A stretch of DNA of 64,000 bases from a virus (Duplodnaviria; Heunggongvirae; Uroviricota; Caudoviricetes). The translations under genes and the position numbers were made by a program. Within the stretch, counting starts at the first letter, position 1. The number at the start of each line of letters is the position of its first letter. This document shows positions 1 through 8,058 of this stretch, piece after piece. The notes below the pieces were generated by a model that had not been told where the DNA came from, did not search any database, and worked only from the letters and a program-made list of their open reading frames with translations. The stretch spans positions 1 to 64,000 of the IMG/VR virus record IMGVR_UViG_3300006120_000015; one strand, given 5' to 3'.

Positions 1-254
1 TGTTGTATACCAGAGTAGTACTTGTCTTCATTTTCATTAATAATGACGAATTGGCTGTAATTAATAGGCCAACCATCTGCGGCCAATTGTTTTGTGTTGG
101 CCTTCAGTACCTTTTCAGCAGTTTTTCGCTGATTGAAGTATACGCCTTTGGTTATGGCCTCTTCAAAAGTAGCAAAATATAAGTTTTTACCACTACACTT
201 AAAAAAGTCGGTACCCTTGATTCGAATAGCATAGAATTTGACGCCGTTGCTCAT
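1..254 (-). CDS. hypothetical protein (3'-truncated at window edge; start ATG at 252-254 preceded by AGGAGAA RBS)
   Basis: Manual translation of minus strand from 254 gives MSNGVKFYAIRIKGTDFFKCSGKNLYFATFEEAITKGVYFNQRKTAEKVLKANTKQLAADGWPINYSQFVIINENEDKYYSGIQ... with no stop to position 1; good RBS. Confidence 0.5.
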   Translation of the reverse strand, partial: MSNGVKFYAIRIKGTDFFKCSGKNLYFATFEEAITKGVYFNQRKTAEKVLKANTKQLAADGWPINYSQFVIINENEDKYYSGIQ

Positions 255-332
255 GTTGTTCTCCTGACTTGTTGGAGCAAGTATATCAAGAATGGCAGAG
301 AATGGCAACCATTACTATACCATTCTACTGGG

Positions 333-794
333 TTATTGTGCAAGGTCTTCTAGTATGGCCAACTGCTCAGAGAGCTCGGCTTGGCTCATAGTCTGAAGCT
401 CTTCGCAAAACTCTAAGAATTGATCCTCATGCTCAATACCATGGTTTTTCATAATCTCAATAATAAGTGATATTGTATCTTCACGTGTCATTTCTTGCCT
501 TTTCGAATCTATGAATAGAGTATAACACATCGGCCAAGAATGGCAAGCGTCATCATAGAATAACCCACTGGGAATACTGAGAACTTTTGTGTGACTTGAC
601 AAAATCTCTGGAGCCTGTATAATTGACCTATTCGAAAGCAAGACTGGGATGCACACAGCCCCTGCACAATACCAGAAAAAGAATACCTTTGTTTTCAGAT
701 TTCCTCTCGAATAAACGCATACTTTTTCTGTACCCGCTGCAGCCTTTCTGAAACAAACTGATGCACCTCCGATGGTTTCTGAGTACTTCGGCAT
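333..794 (-). CDS. hypothetical protein (true start possibly at a downstream Met)
   Basis: Longest ORF in region on minus strand; acidic C-terminus; N-terminal part low complexity so start uncertain. Confidence 0.35.
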   Translation of the reverse strand: MPKYSETIGGASVCFRKAAAGTEKVCVYSRGNLKTKVFFFWYCAGAVCIPVLLSNRSIIQAPEILSSHTKVLSIPSGLFYDDACHSWPMCYTLFIDSKRQEMTREDTISLIIEIMKNHGIEHEDQFLEFCEELQTMSQAELSEQLAILEDLAQ

Positions 795-940
795 TAATTC
801 CGGCGTTGTGCTGAGAGTCTAAGACCCACAGCGATACGCATACCTGCGACATACCGTGCGACATAAAATTACAACTTTTGTTTCTTAATGAAATATTCTT
901 TCAATACTGTACCGGAGGGCTTGAATACTAAACGGTACAC

Positions 941-969
941 TTGCCAAAATCTTAAAATCGCTTATAATA
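941..969 (+). promoter_or_regulatory. sigma70-type early promoter TTGCCA-17-TATAAT
   Basis: -35 TTGCCA 941-946, 17 nt spacer, -10 TATAAT 964-969, upstream of ORF 1004. Confidence 0.6.
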
Positions 970-1003
970 GACTACATGAAAAACGCAAGAAAGCGAGAAA
1001 AAC

Positions 1004-1192
1004 ATGGAAATTAGTACTTTACACTGCACCAAGGCAGAACTAATCATTTTGCGTACAGCATTGGACAATTTGTACAAAAAATGTAATAAATTGGAAACTG
1101 ATGACTTTGTGCTTAATATGGAGAATGAAGACTTAATTCTTAATTTGACCGCTCAAGTGATTGGCCAATTAGAACTTTTGAATAAGGAGTAA
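1004..1192 (+). CDS. small hypothetical early protein (62 aa)
   Basis: ORF directly downstream of promoter; 5' leader atgaaaaacgcaa duplicated at 1474. Confidence 0.45.
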   Translation: MEISTLHCTKAELIILRTALDNLYKKCNKLETDDFVLNMENEDLILNLTAQVIGQLELLNKE

Positions 1193-1196
1193 TACT

Positions 1197-1334
1197 ATGA
1201 TTGACTTGCTCAGAAAATATCGTGAACTTTTGTATACAGAAGGCTTGGGTAATACTGAAGTTATACGTATTGAAACTTTGTTAAAACTATGTGGTTATAA
1301 TGACGAAGTAACAGCTTTGCGATACGAATTTGAA
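1197..1334 (+). CDS. small hypothetical protein (45 aa)
   Basis: ATG at 1197 after AAGGAG RBS, overlapping upstream stop; manual translation MIDLLRKYRELLYTEGLGNTEVIRIETLLKLCGYNDEVTALPIRI*. Confidence 0.3.
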
Positions 1335-1395
1335 ACTTTTGTATTCAACGGAGAATTAGAGTACTTTTGATTAGGTTAATAGGCACTTACGAGTG

Positions 1396-1430
1396 CTTTA
1401 GTAATCTAGCTCGGCGTTGGATTACTAAAG
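1396..1430 (+). promoter_or_regulatory. stem-loop of PeSL-like cassette (ctttagtaatc / gattactaaag, 11-bp stem, 13-nt loop)
   Basis: Perfect inverted repeat immediately upstream of promoter at 1439; preceded by smaller hairpin gcact-tacg-agtgc. Confidence 0.55.
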
Positions 1431-1438
1431 TATTCAGG

Positions 1439-1466
1439 TTGACAAAATCTCAAAATCTGGTATAAT
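1439..1466 (+). promoter_or_regulatory. sigma70-type early promoter TTGACA-16-TGGTATAAT
   Basis: -35 TTGACA 1439-1444; extended -10 TGGTATAAT 1458-1466. Confidence 0.7.
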
Positions 1467-1473
1467 TGATAAC

Positions 1474-1707
1474 ATGAAAAACGCAAAATCTATGACAAAA
1501 AACGAATTTAATCTAAATGATTACATTTCCCCAGAATACGAACAATCGTATTACAAAGGAATTCCCGTAGAATTTCGTACTAAAGTGTCCGCAATTCTTA
1601 AGTCAAAAGGTTACAAATTTCGTTTCTTGTTTCGTGGTAGTAAAAAGCATTCAGATGCCTCGGTTCGACTGAGAAATGCTAAAACTTTTGCAGTATATCA
1701 ACGGTAA
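1474..1707 (+). CDS. small hypothetical basic protein (77 aa)
   Basis: ORF downstream of promoter. Confidence 0.45.
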   Translation: MKNAKSMTKNEFNLNDYISPEYEQSYYKGIPVEFRTKVSAILKSKGYKFRFLFRGSKKHSDASVRLRNAKTFAVYQR

Positions 1708-1710
1708 GTA

Positions 1711-1920
1711 TTGAAAAAAGGAATGAAAATGAAACAATACGCATTAATTTACGAAGGCTCTGCTATTGAGTATACGGGTTACTTCGAAACTGTAAAGAAA
1801 TGTATTACATACGTGAGAAAACGATATGGTACTAATACAGAAGTAGTAATCCGTGCTGTTTACCCAGTAGTCGAAAATGAGTACTATTCGGTTAAAACAG
1901 GTAAGCTCGTGAATATCTGA
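1711..1920 (+). CDS. small hypothetical protein (69 aa)
   Basis: ORF; 3' end lies in conserved block atatctgaccggtttact shared with ORF 2206-2427. Confidence 0.45.
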   Translation: MKKGMKMKQYALIYEGSAIEYTGYFETVKKCITYVRKRYGTNTEVVIRAVYPVVENEYYSVKTGKLVNI

Positions 1921-1949
1921 CCGGTTTACTAGATTACTTAAGTAGTCAG

Positions 1950-1978
1950 TTGCCATTCAGGTAAAATTGTGGTAGAAT
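1950..1978 (+). promoter_or_regulatory. sigma70-type early promoter TTGCCA-17-TGgTAGAAT
   Basis: -35 1950-1955, extended -10 1970-1978; preceded by palindrome tacttaagta 1935-1944. Confidence 0.55.
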
Positions 1979-2009
1979 TCTCTTATTATAAATTGAAAAG
2001 GACGCCAAA

Positions 2010-2180
2010 ATGTCAAGCTTAACTAAAAATGATTACATTGCTCTTATCATTGAGCATATTGTAAACCAAGGGTATTCAAGCTCGGATCGGTTTGTGAACT
2101 ATATCACTATGATTCTCCCGCAAATGAATACGGAAGAATTACAGGACGAACTGGACGCATTGGAACTGGCGGCGGTTTAA
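2010..2180 (+). CDS. small hypothetical acidic protein (56 aa)
   Basis: ATG 2010 after AAAAGGA RBS; manual translation MSSLTKNDYIALIIEHIVNQGYSSSDRFVNYITMILPQMNTEELQDELDALELAAV*. Confidence 0.4.
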   Translation: MSSLTKNDYIALIIEHIVNQGYSSSDRFVNYITMILPQMNTEELQDELDALELAAV

Positions 2181-2205
2181 ACTTTTGTACTAGAAAGGAT
2201 TAAAA

Positions 2206-2427
2206 ATGCAAACTAATTTCGTAACTGAGATGGTCGATGACATTTTCGATAGCGAAGGCGATGTTGAAATTGGCAACTTAAGTTTTAGCCGGTCTCAAAT
2301 TGTGAAAGAATTAGATCCAATTGCGTACCGTATGGCGGTAAACGAATACATTGATTTTATGATAGACGATTTGGACCCAGAGTCGGATACTGATGAAATT
2401 GAGCGATTGGAACAATGTTATATCTGA
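2206..2427 (+). CDS. small hypothetical acidic protein (73 aa)
   Basis: ORF with RBS AAAGGA; ends in conserved atatctgaccggtttact block. Confidence 0.45.
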   Translation: MQTNFVTEMVDDIFDSEGDVEIGNLSFSRSQIVKELDPIAYRMAVNEYIDFMIDDLDPESDTDEIERLEQCYI

Positions 2428-2438
2428 CCGGTTTACTG

Positions 2439-2454
2439 GAGTACTTTGGTACTC
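2439..2454 (+). promoter_or_regulatory. stem-loop gagtac-tttg-gtactc of PeSL-like cassette
   Basis: 6-bp perfect stem directly between conserved block and promoter. Confidence 0.45.
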
Positions 2455-2457
2455 AGG

Positions 2458-2486
2458 TTGACAATCAGGTAAAATTCTGGTATAAT
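2458..2486 (+). promoter_or_regulatory. sigma70-type early promoter TTGACA-17-TGGTATAAT
   Basis: -35 2458-2463; extended -10 2478-2486; same architecture as 1439. Confidence 0.7.
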
Positions 2487-2511
2487 TGGTGTTTTGATTG
2501 TGAGGTAAACA

Positions 2512-2724
2512 ATGGCTAAACGAAAGTACAAACGCTCGGAAATATTCGATGAGGTAAGAGATTTTCTCGAAGCTGTCAACAAAACCATGGGTAACCATCA
2601 GGTTGGCTTGGAGTACATCATTTCCCAGTATGTGCATTTGGTCGCTGAGTTGCCTAAAATCAAACAGCAAGAGCATATCAACGGTTTAAAAAATCAGGTA
2701 AAGGAGTTAGTTTATGAGCAATAA
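2512..2724 (+). CDS. small hypothetical protein (70 aa)
   Basis: ORF downstream of promoter, RBS GAGGTAAAC. Confidence 0.45.
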   Translation: MAKRKYKRSEIFDEVRDFLEAVNKTMGNHQVGLEYIISQYVHLVAELPKIKQQEHINGLKNQVKELVYEQ

Positions 2725-2914
2725 TTTTCAATGGGATTTGATGGTCGGTATTCTAGGTGGCGTCAAATTCAACCAGTTAGGTAGCGAAACCGTTGCTGGC
2801 ATGAGTTGTGGTGAGGTAAAAAGTTCTACCGTGTACGAAAAACTGACTGCTCGGTTGGCAACACCTGACCGCTTTCAAAAGCTCGATGCTTTGACTGGTC
2901 CAACTGTGTTGTAA
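2714..2914 (+). CDS. small hypothetical protein (66 aa)
   Basis: ORF overlapping upstream gene end. Confidence 0.35.
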   Translation: MSNNFQWDLMVGILGGVKFNQLGSETVAGMSCGEVKSSTVYEKLTARLATPDRFQKLDALTGPTVL

Positions 2915-2930
2915 TTGTGCAACAAACGAA

Positions 2931-2958
2931 TTGACAATCCTCGGATTACCTGTATAAT
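2931..2958 (+). promoter_or_regulatory. sigma70-type early promoter TTGACA-16-TGTATAAT
   Basis: -35 2931-2936; -10 2953-2958. Confidence 0.6.
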
Positions 2959-2978
2959 TGACGTTTTAACTGGAGAAT

Positions 2979-3524
2979 ATGATGGAATTTCGCACTGACA
3001 CCCCAACCGCATCGGCTTTGTACCTTGTTGATCGTGGCGCACAAGGCAAGTATTATCGATATTTTGATGCCGAAACTGGCACCTGGTCTCGCTGTGGTAT
3101 TAACTTTGCAGAAGCCATGGAAAATAAAGACAAACCAAGTCCTGTCGGCTTTTTCCCTTGGGTTGGTCCTTTGACTGGTCCCAACTTCATGGTCAACAAA
3201 GCACCTACACCAGAACCAGTTAAAGTTGCCAAGTTGACCAAGGCTGCCAAGGCTGCAGATAAACGAATCCTAAAAGCGGTCACTAAGCCTAAGGCCAAGT
3301 TAGTGGTCACTCAAGTAGGTAACACTAAGGTAGGCTCTATTGTCAAAACTTCAGGTAAAGTTGTCCACCCCGATGGCACCGTGTTCTATCGTGCTGACCG
3401 TCAAAAGTGGGTTGCTGTGTGGGCAGGTAAGCAAGAAGCCGCTCGACCAACTGCTGAAGCGTGCTTGGCTTTCTTGAAGAAAAAATACAACCATGATGGC
3501 GTTGTGTTGGTGAAAGGTGAATAA
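2979..3524 (+). CDS. hypothetical protein (181 aa), Lys/Ala-rich middle
   Basis: ORF with RBS GGAGAATATG. Confidence 0.5.
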   Translation: MMEFRTDTPTASALYLVDRGAQGKYYRYFDAETGTWSRCGINFAEAMENKDKPSPVGFFPWVGPLTGPNFMVNKAPTPEPVKVAKLTKAAKAADKRILKAVTKPKAKLVVTQVGNTKVGSIVKTSGKVVHPDGTVFYRADRQKWVAVWAGKQEAARPTAEACLAFLKKKYNHDGVVLVKGE

Positions 3525-3525
3525 A

Positions 3526-3711
3526 ATGCACCCATCATTACAATACATTCAAGATACATTGGTCGATGCTGCCAAAGCAGGTATCGAACGATTGCAAAAA
3601 GAAAATAAAGAATTGAAATTGGAAAATCAAGAATTGCAATTGGAAATTCGAGAGTTGATAGCCAAAAACAATAGACTGATTGACCGTATTCTCGAAAACA
3701 AAAAGGATTAA
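3526..3711 (+). CDS. small coiled-coil protein (61 aa)
   Basis: ATG 3526 just after upstream stop; heptad-like ENKELKLENQELQLEIRELIAKNNRL. Confidence 0.4.
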   Translation: MHPSLQYIQDTLVDAAKAGIERLQKENKELKLENQELQLEIRELIAKNNRLIDRILENKKD

Positions 3712-3795
3712 TATGAAAGATTTGCAGTGAAATTTGATGTTGGAACAGCTGAATAATTGACCACGTTGTAAATATACAACATTTTACAATAATGC

Positions 3796-3825
3796 TTGCC
3801 AAAACGGTAGGCATTATGATAAAAT
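3796..3825 (+). promoter_or_regulatory. sigma70-type promoter TTGCCA-18-TGaTAAAAT
   Basis: -35 3796-3801; extended -10 3817-3825. Confidence 0.5.
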
Positions 3826-3855
3826 ATTGTCTTAAATTGTTGAAAAGGTTGCATT

Positions 3856-4737
3856 ATGTCAAAAATTGATTTTGTGAACGGTAAGTATCAGGCAATGGTT
3901 AACGGCAAGTTGGTCAAACGCACCAAGTTGGCGCATATGGAATATGTGTTGCGTAAAGCTGGCCTGACCACTGGTGCCGTTGCTGCACCCGTTGCAGAGT
4001 CCAATTTTACGATCAATGAGCGCTTTGAATTCTTGTCCGATATGGTGACAATGCTTGCCAAAGGCGACCAATCCTCCGTGATTGTGACTGGTCCTGGTGG
4101 TCTTGGCAAGTCACACACCGTGACCAAGTCATTGGCCAATGCCGGTTTCAAAGATGTGTCCTTGCTTGATGACTTTGAAGTTGGTGCCAAAATGCCAAAA
4201 GATTCCTATTGTGTTGTGAAAGGTTACTCCACACCTAAAGGCCTTTACCGCACCTTGTATGAAAACCGTGAGTCTGTGATTGTGTTTGATGATTGTGATT
4301 CCGTGCTCAAAGACCCTGTATCGTTGAACCTGCTCAAAGGCGCTCTTGATTCTTATTCTCGCCGTATTATCTCATGGAAAGCAGATATGCGTGACGAAGA
4401 ATTGCCAAACGTGTTTGAATTCAAAGGTCGTGTTGTGTTCATTTCCAACATGAGCGGTTCATCCCTTGACCAAGCCATTATCTCCCGTTCCATGGCCGTT
4501 GACCTGTCAATGACTACCGAACAAAAGATTGAGCGTATGCGTCACCTGTTGACCGAAGCAGAATTCATGCCAGAGTTTAGCAAGACCATCAAGCAAGATG
4601 CCATGGGCTTGATTGAGAAGGTTGCCAATAAGGTCAAAGAGTTATCCTTGCGTACCTTGATTCAAGTTGTTAAGATTCGCAATTCTAATCCAAACGGCCG
4701 TTGGGCTAAGTTGGCAGAATATGCGATTTGCGGTTAA
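3856..4737 (+). CDS. P-loop AAA-type ATPase
   Basis: Walker A GPGGLGKSH, Walker B hhhhDDCD (VIVFDDCD); 293 aa. Confidence 0.55.
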   Translation: MSKIDFVNGKYQAMVNGKLVKRTKLAHMEYVLRKAGLTTGAVAAPVAESNFTINERFEFLSDMVTMLAKGDQSSVIVTGPGGLGKSHTVTKSLANAGFKDVSLLDDFEVGAKMPKDSYCVVKGYSTPKGLYRTLYENRESVIVFDDCDSVLKDPVSLNLLKGALDSYSRRIISWKADMRDEELPNVFEFKGRVVFISNMSGSSLDQAIISRSMAVDLSMTTEQKIERMRHLLTEAEFMPEFSKTIKQDAMGLIEKVANKVKELSLRTLIQVVKIRNSNPNGRWAKLAEYAICG

Positions 4738-4751
4738 TTAGGAGTTGAAGA

Positions 4752-4907
4752 ATGACAAAAGCAGAGTTGCTAGAGAAATTGAAATTGGCACAAAACCTAT
4801 TGGCCGATGTGTATGCGTATGCTGAAGAATTTGAACTGGATTTGTTAGAGCGTCAAATGTCGGTTGCCGATTCTTGCATTTGGGATGCTTTAGAGGAATT
4901 AGAATGA
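4752..4907 (+). CDS. small hypothetical acidic protein (51 aa), ends ...EELE* in GAAGAATGA junction
   Basis: ATG after GGAGTTGAAG; stop overlaps next start (ATGA). Confidence 0.35.
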   Translation: MTKAELLEKLKLAQNLLADVYAYAEEFELDLLERQMSVADSCIWDALEELE

Positions 4908-5083
4908 TTGAATACGCTTTGATAGCTGTGACCATTGTTCAAGGCGCACATTTGGGTAGTTATGACACACATTATGATGTGGTTCAAACCTATCCAAATG
5001 CCAAAGCCTGCCAAGTGGCAATGAAGAAGATTGCCAAAGATGATTTTGTCGTGTATACTTGCCTAAAGATTGACAAGGATTGA
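4904..5083 (+). CDS. small hypothetical protein
   Basis: ATG 4904 overlapping upstream stop; ORF track gives longer alternative-start version 4874. Confidence 0.4.
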   Translation: MIEYALIAVTIVQGAHLGSYDTHYDVVQTYPNAKACQVAMKKIAKDDFVVYTCLKIDKD

Positions 5084-5271
5084 TTATGAGAGAAGATATA
5101 TTTGCATTTATAATTGGTATATTTTTCGGTGTGTGGGCTGTGATTATCCTTTTGTTTTCGATTCCTAGCAGTTCTATCAACCGTCTTGACAAATTGATTA
5201 ATGAATGTGAAGCAACATTGCCTAGAAACCAACATTGTGTGTTGGTTGCATTACCAAAGGACACAAACTAA
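5080..5271 (+). CDS. small membrane protein (one TM helix)
   Basis: Hydrophobic stretch FAFIIGIFFGVWAVIILLF. Confidence 0.4.
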   Translation: MIMREDIFAFIIGIFFGVWAVIILLFSIPSSSINRLDKLINECEATLPRNQHCVLVALPKDTN

Positions 5272-5435
5272 TGAAGTGGTTATACCTTTTATTCCATGGC
5301 AACAAATGCCGTCACAAGTGGAAGATTATCAAAACAACCGATGTTTACCAATACGAAGAATCAAAGTTGCCACATTCAACCCGTTACACCTTACAATGTA
5401 CCAAGTGTGGTGACCTTAAAACGGTTAAAACCTAA
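5271..5435 (+). CDS. small Zn-ribbon-like protein
   Basis: C..C/H and CTKCG motifs; start TAATG overlap. Confidence 0.3.
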   Translation: MKWLYLLFHGNKCRHKWKIIKTTDVYQYEESKLPHSTRYTLQCTKCGDLKTVKT

Positions 5436-5444
5436 CAGGAGAAA

Positions 5445-5669
5445 ATGATGCACAAAACCATCACCAAAACAAAACTATTTGCCAATGGTCGTTTGAACTA
5501 CTCGGTGAAGTACCATCAATTCACCACAACCGTGACGGATGTGGATACTGGTCTTCAAACCAAAGAGCTGTTTCATGAAGAAACCGTAAAGTATTTCCAG
5601 TTGCCATTCGAATTTGGCACGCAAGTCCAATTTGGACCCTGTGACGACACCGGCCAATATTACCGTTGA
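5445..5669 (+). CDS. small hypothetical protein (74 aa)
   Basis: ORF with RBS AGGAGAAAATG. Confidence 0.4.
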   Translation: MMHKTITKTKLFANGRLNYSVKYHQFTTTVTDVDTGLQTKELFHEETVKYFQLPFEFGTQVQFGPCDDTGQYYR

Positions 5670-5707
5670 TAATACTTGACCAAAAGGCTTGAGTACTTTT
5701 TGGTTAA

Positions 5708-5736
5708 TTGCCAACCAGCTGTTTCCGTGATATAAT
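5708..5736 (+). promoter_or_regulatory. sigma70-type early promoter TTGCCA-17-TGaTATAAT
   Basis: -35 5708-5713; extended -10 5728-5736. Confidence 0.6.
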
Positions 5737-5768
5737 TATTGCATTGATTGATTGAAAAGGAGTTTGTT

Positions 5769-6200
5769 ATGGGTACTCGTAGTCGCATTGGTGTCATGCA
5801 CGGTGATGTGTGCAAGTCAGTTTATTGTCATTGGGATGGTTATTTGGAACACAATGGCCGTATCTTGTTGGATCATTATGATTCAGCAAAAGCCAACCGA
5901 TTGGTTAAATTTGGTGATATGTCCGTTTTAAAACCTGAAATTGTAATTCCTGAAGGTGTCGAGCATTGGTTTGATGCCCGAGCACAAGATATCACCGTGT
6001 TTTATGGTCGTGACCGTGGTGAAGATGGTATTGATTTTCAAGTTGACCATACCTTTAAAGATTTTATTGAGCGTTGCAAGGATTGCGATGCTGCGTATTT
6101 TTACCTGATGAAGGACGATGTATGGTATACAGGCACACCTGATTCTAATATATTGGTCCGTTTGGACGAAGCATTGGCTGCATTGCCTGTTGAGGAGTAA
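5769..6200 (+). CDS. hypothetical protein (~143 aa)
   Basis: ATG 5769 after AAAAGGAG RBS. Confidence 0.5.
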   Translation: MGTRSRIGVMHGDVCKSVYCHWDGYLEHNGRILLDHYDSAKANRLVKFGDMSVLKPEIVIPEGVEHWFDARAQDITVFYGRDRGEDGIDFQVDHTFKDFIERCKDCDAAYFYLMKDDVWYTGTPDSNILVRLDEALAALPVEE

Positions 6201-6202
6201 TT

Positions 6203-6595
6203 ATGGGTTTGGATATGTTTGCTTGGCGTGTTAATGCCGGTGATGTGATTGACGATTTCACGGTGCGTGAAAATGACGATGGTTCTGGTTCTCGTGTTGA
6301 AGAATTCTTTTATTGGCGCAAGCACCACGACCTGCATGGTTGGATGGAACAACTGTATCGTGCCAAAGGTGGCACCAAAGAATCCTTTAATTGTGTTAAG
6401 GTACGGTTGACCGATACCGATTTGGATAACCTGTTGCTTGCTGTGGCAAATAACAATTTACCACAAACCACTGGTTTCTTTTTTGGTGATAATCCACCAG
6501 ATTTGGAATCAATGTCCGAAGATATTAAGTTCATTGCACAAGCAAAAGAAGTAATCAAAGCCGGCGATGCCGTTTATTATGATTCATGGTGGTAA
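6203..6595 (+). CDS. hypothetical protein (130 aa)
   Basis: Tightly coupled ORF. Confidence 0.5.
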   Translation: MGLDMFAWRVNAGDVIDDFTVRENDDGSGSRVEEFFYWRKHHDLHGWMEQLYRAKGGTKESFNCVKVRLTDTDLDNLLLAVANNNLPQTTGFFFGDNPPDLESMSEDIKFIAQAKEVIKAGDAVYYDSWW

Positions 6596-6597
6596 TT

Positions 6598-6876
6598 ATG
6601 GAAAAAATTGATTTCTCCGTTGAAGGTTCAAAACAATCATTGATTGAGTCCTTGCATAAAGGTCCATTGAAGGTAACCTTCACCAAAAAAGATGGCACTG
6701 AGCGTGTAATGAATTGCACGTTGGTCGATACTTTCATTGAACCCAATCCAAGTGGGTTGAAAGCCGCCCCAGGTCGCAAGAAAAGTGAAGCAGCAATGCC
6801 TGTATGGGATATTGATGCCAAGGCTTGGCGTGCGTTCCGTTGGGATTCTATCATCAGCATTGAGGAAACAAAATGA
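6598..6876 (+). CDS. hypothetical protein (92 aa)
   Basis: ATG 6598 just after upstream TAA. Confidence 0.45.
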   Translation: MEKIDFSVEGSKQSLIESLHKGPLKVTFTKKDGTERVMNCTLVDTFIEPNPSGLKAAPGRKKSEAAMPVWDIDAKAWRAFRWDSIISIEETK

Positions 6877-6997
6877 GAATTTTTGACCATTACTTGTCAG
6901 CATATTGGTTTTGCAAGAGCCACAACCTTGCAGTTGACAGCATTAGCCGTAAGTCATTCAGAGAATGGCAAGTTAAAACATATATCAAGGTTTAATC

Positions 6998-7228
6998 ATG
7001 AGTTATAAAGTTGGCCGCACAGTTTATAAAGATATTGAAGTTGAATTTGATATCTCGGACTTTAGCGATGAAGAATTGATGGAAGAACTTACCGAACGTG
7101 GTAAATTGCCAACAATGGGTGACTCAAACGAATTGATCGACAAAATTTACCATGCTCGCCGGCAAGGTAAACCATATGAAGATTTGTTGGATCAATATCT
7201 TTACATGGTTACAGGTATGGCCATCTAA
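6998..7228 (+). CDS. small hypothetical acidic protein
   Basis: ORF. Confidence 0.4.
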   Translation: MSYKVGRTVYKDIEVEFDISDFSDEELMEELTERGKLPTMGDSNELIDKIYHARRQGKPYEDLLDQYLYMVTGMAI

Positions 7229-7271
7229 TGGCAGTCGCTATCATTCTCTTTTGTGAATTCGTATTGAAGAT

Positions 7272-7475
7272 ATGAAAACCTACGCAATTTGGTTACTAAT
7301 GACCTGGACTAATCAAAACGGATTGGTCCTACAACAACCTTACTTTCCTACCTTCCAAGAATGTGAAGGTGTCAGGAAAGTGGCTGAAGAATTCGCCCCT
7401 GCCTACGTGGTCAGAGGTAAATGTATCCGTGTTGATGTGCTGCAAACGGTAGAGCACATGAATACCACACGATAA
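7272..7475 (+). CDS. small hypothetical protein
   Basis: ORF. Confidence 0.35.
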   Translation: MKTYAIWLLMTWTNQNGLVLQQPYFPTFQECEGVRKVAEEFAPAYVVRGKCIRVDVLQTVEHMNTTR

Positions 7476-7492
7476 TTACCACATTTTGGGGC

Positions 7493-7521
7493 TTGACACA
7501 ATAATGGTATTGTGTTACAGT
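7493..7521 (+). promoter_or_regulatory. sigma70-type promoter TTGACA-17-TGtTACAGT
   Basis: -35 7493-7498; -10 7516-7521 with TG. Confidence 0.45.
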
Positions 7522-7551
7522 CTCGGTGTCCCCTTTTGATGAAAGTATTTT

Positions 7552-8046
7552 ATGGATGATGATTTCCAAATTAATATCCCCGCTTACTATAGCCTTGACT
7601 ATGAACAAATTTCTAAAGACACCAAACTATTGGCTGTCTCTCGTATGTTGGCTATGAAGCTGATGGAAAACCCATATGTAAATGTGGGTGAATTCATTAG
7701 TTCGTTGTCTAATGATGACCTACAAATTCTTATTGAGAAAATCGAAGTTGAAGACCGTGGAGACGGTGCTCAACTGGAAGATTTAATTGTTATCTCTGGT
7801 ATGTTGGCCATCTCTGAGGGTTTGGATACAACCTTTGATGTTGATGAGGTAATGCATCGAATCGATAAACTCGTTGGCTTTTTGGTGATTGAATCATTGA
7901 AGCGTAAAGGTTTTGTGAAGGTCTTTTACGAAAACATGTCATTCGGTGAAGACATGGGTGATAAAGTGGTTGTGGAAAAAATCGATGCAGCATTTGGTGG
8001 TTTTCCTGTTTCTAAAATGAAGTCTAATGAAAAGCCTAACGGCTAA
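7552..8046 (+). CDS. hypothetical acidic protein (164 aa)
   Basis: ORF. Confidence 0.5.
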   Translation: MDDDFQINIPAYYSLDYEQISKDTKLLAVSRMLAMKLMENPYVNVGEFISSLSNDDLQILIEKIEVEDRGDGAQLEDLIVISGMLAISEGLDTTFDVDEVMHRIDKLVGFLVIESLKRKGFVKVFYENMSFGEDMGDKVVVEKIDAAFGGFPVSKMKSNEKPNG

Positions 8047-8058
8047 GGAGTTTTTGAT

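Noticed and set aside
3401-3814. 137-aa minus-strand ORF
   Set aside because: Overlaps several well-supported plus-strand early genes. Lacks an RBS. Hydrophobic low-complexity translation typical of an antisense frame.
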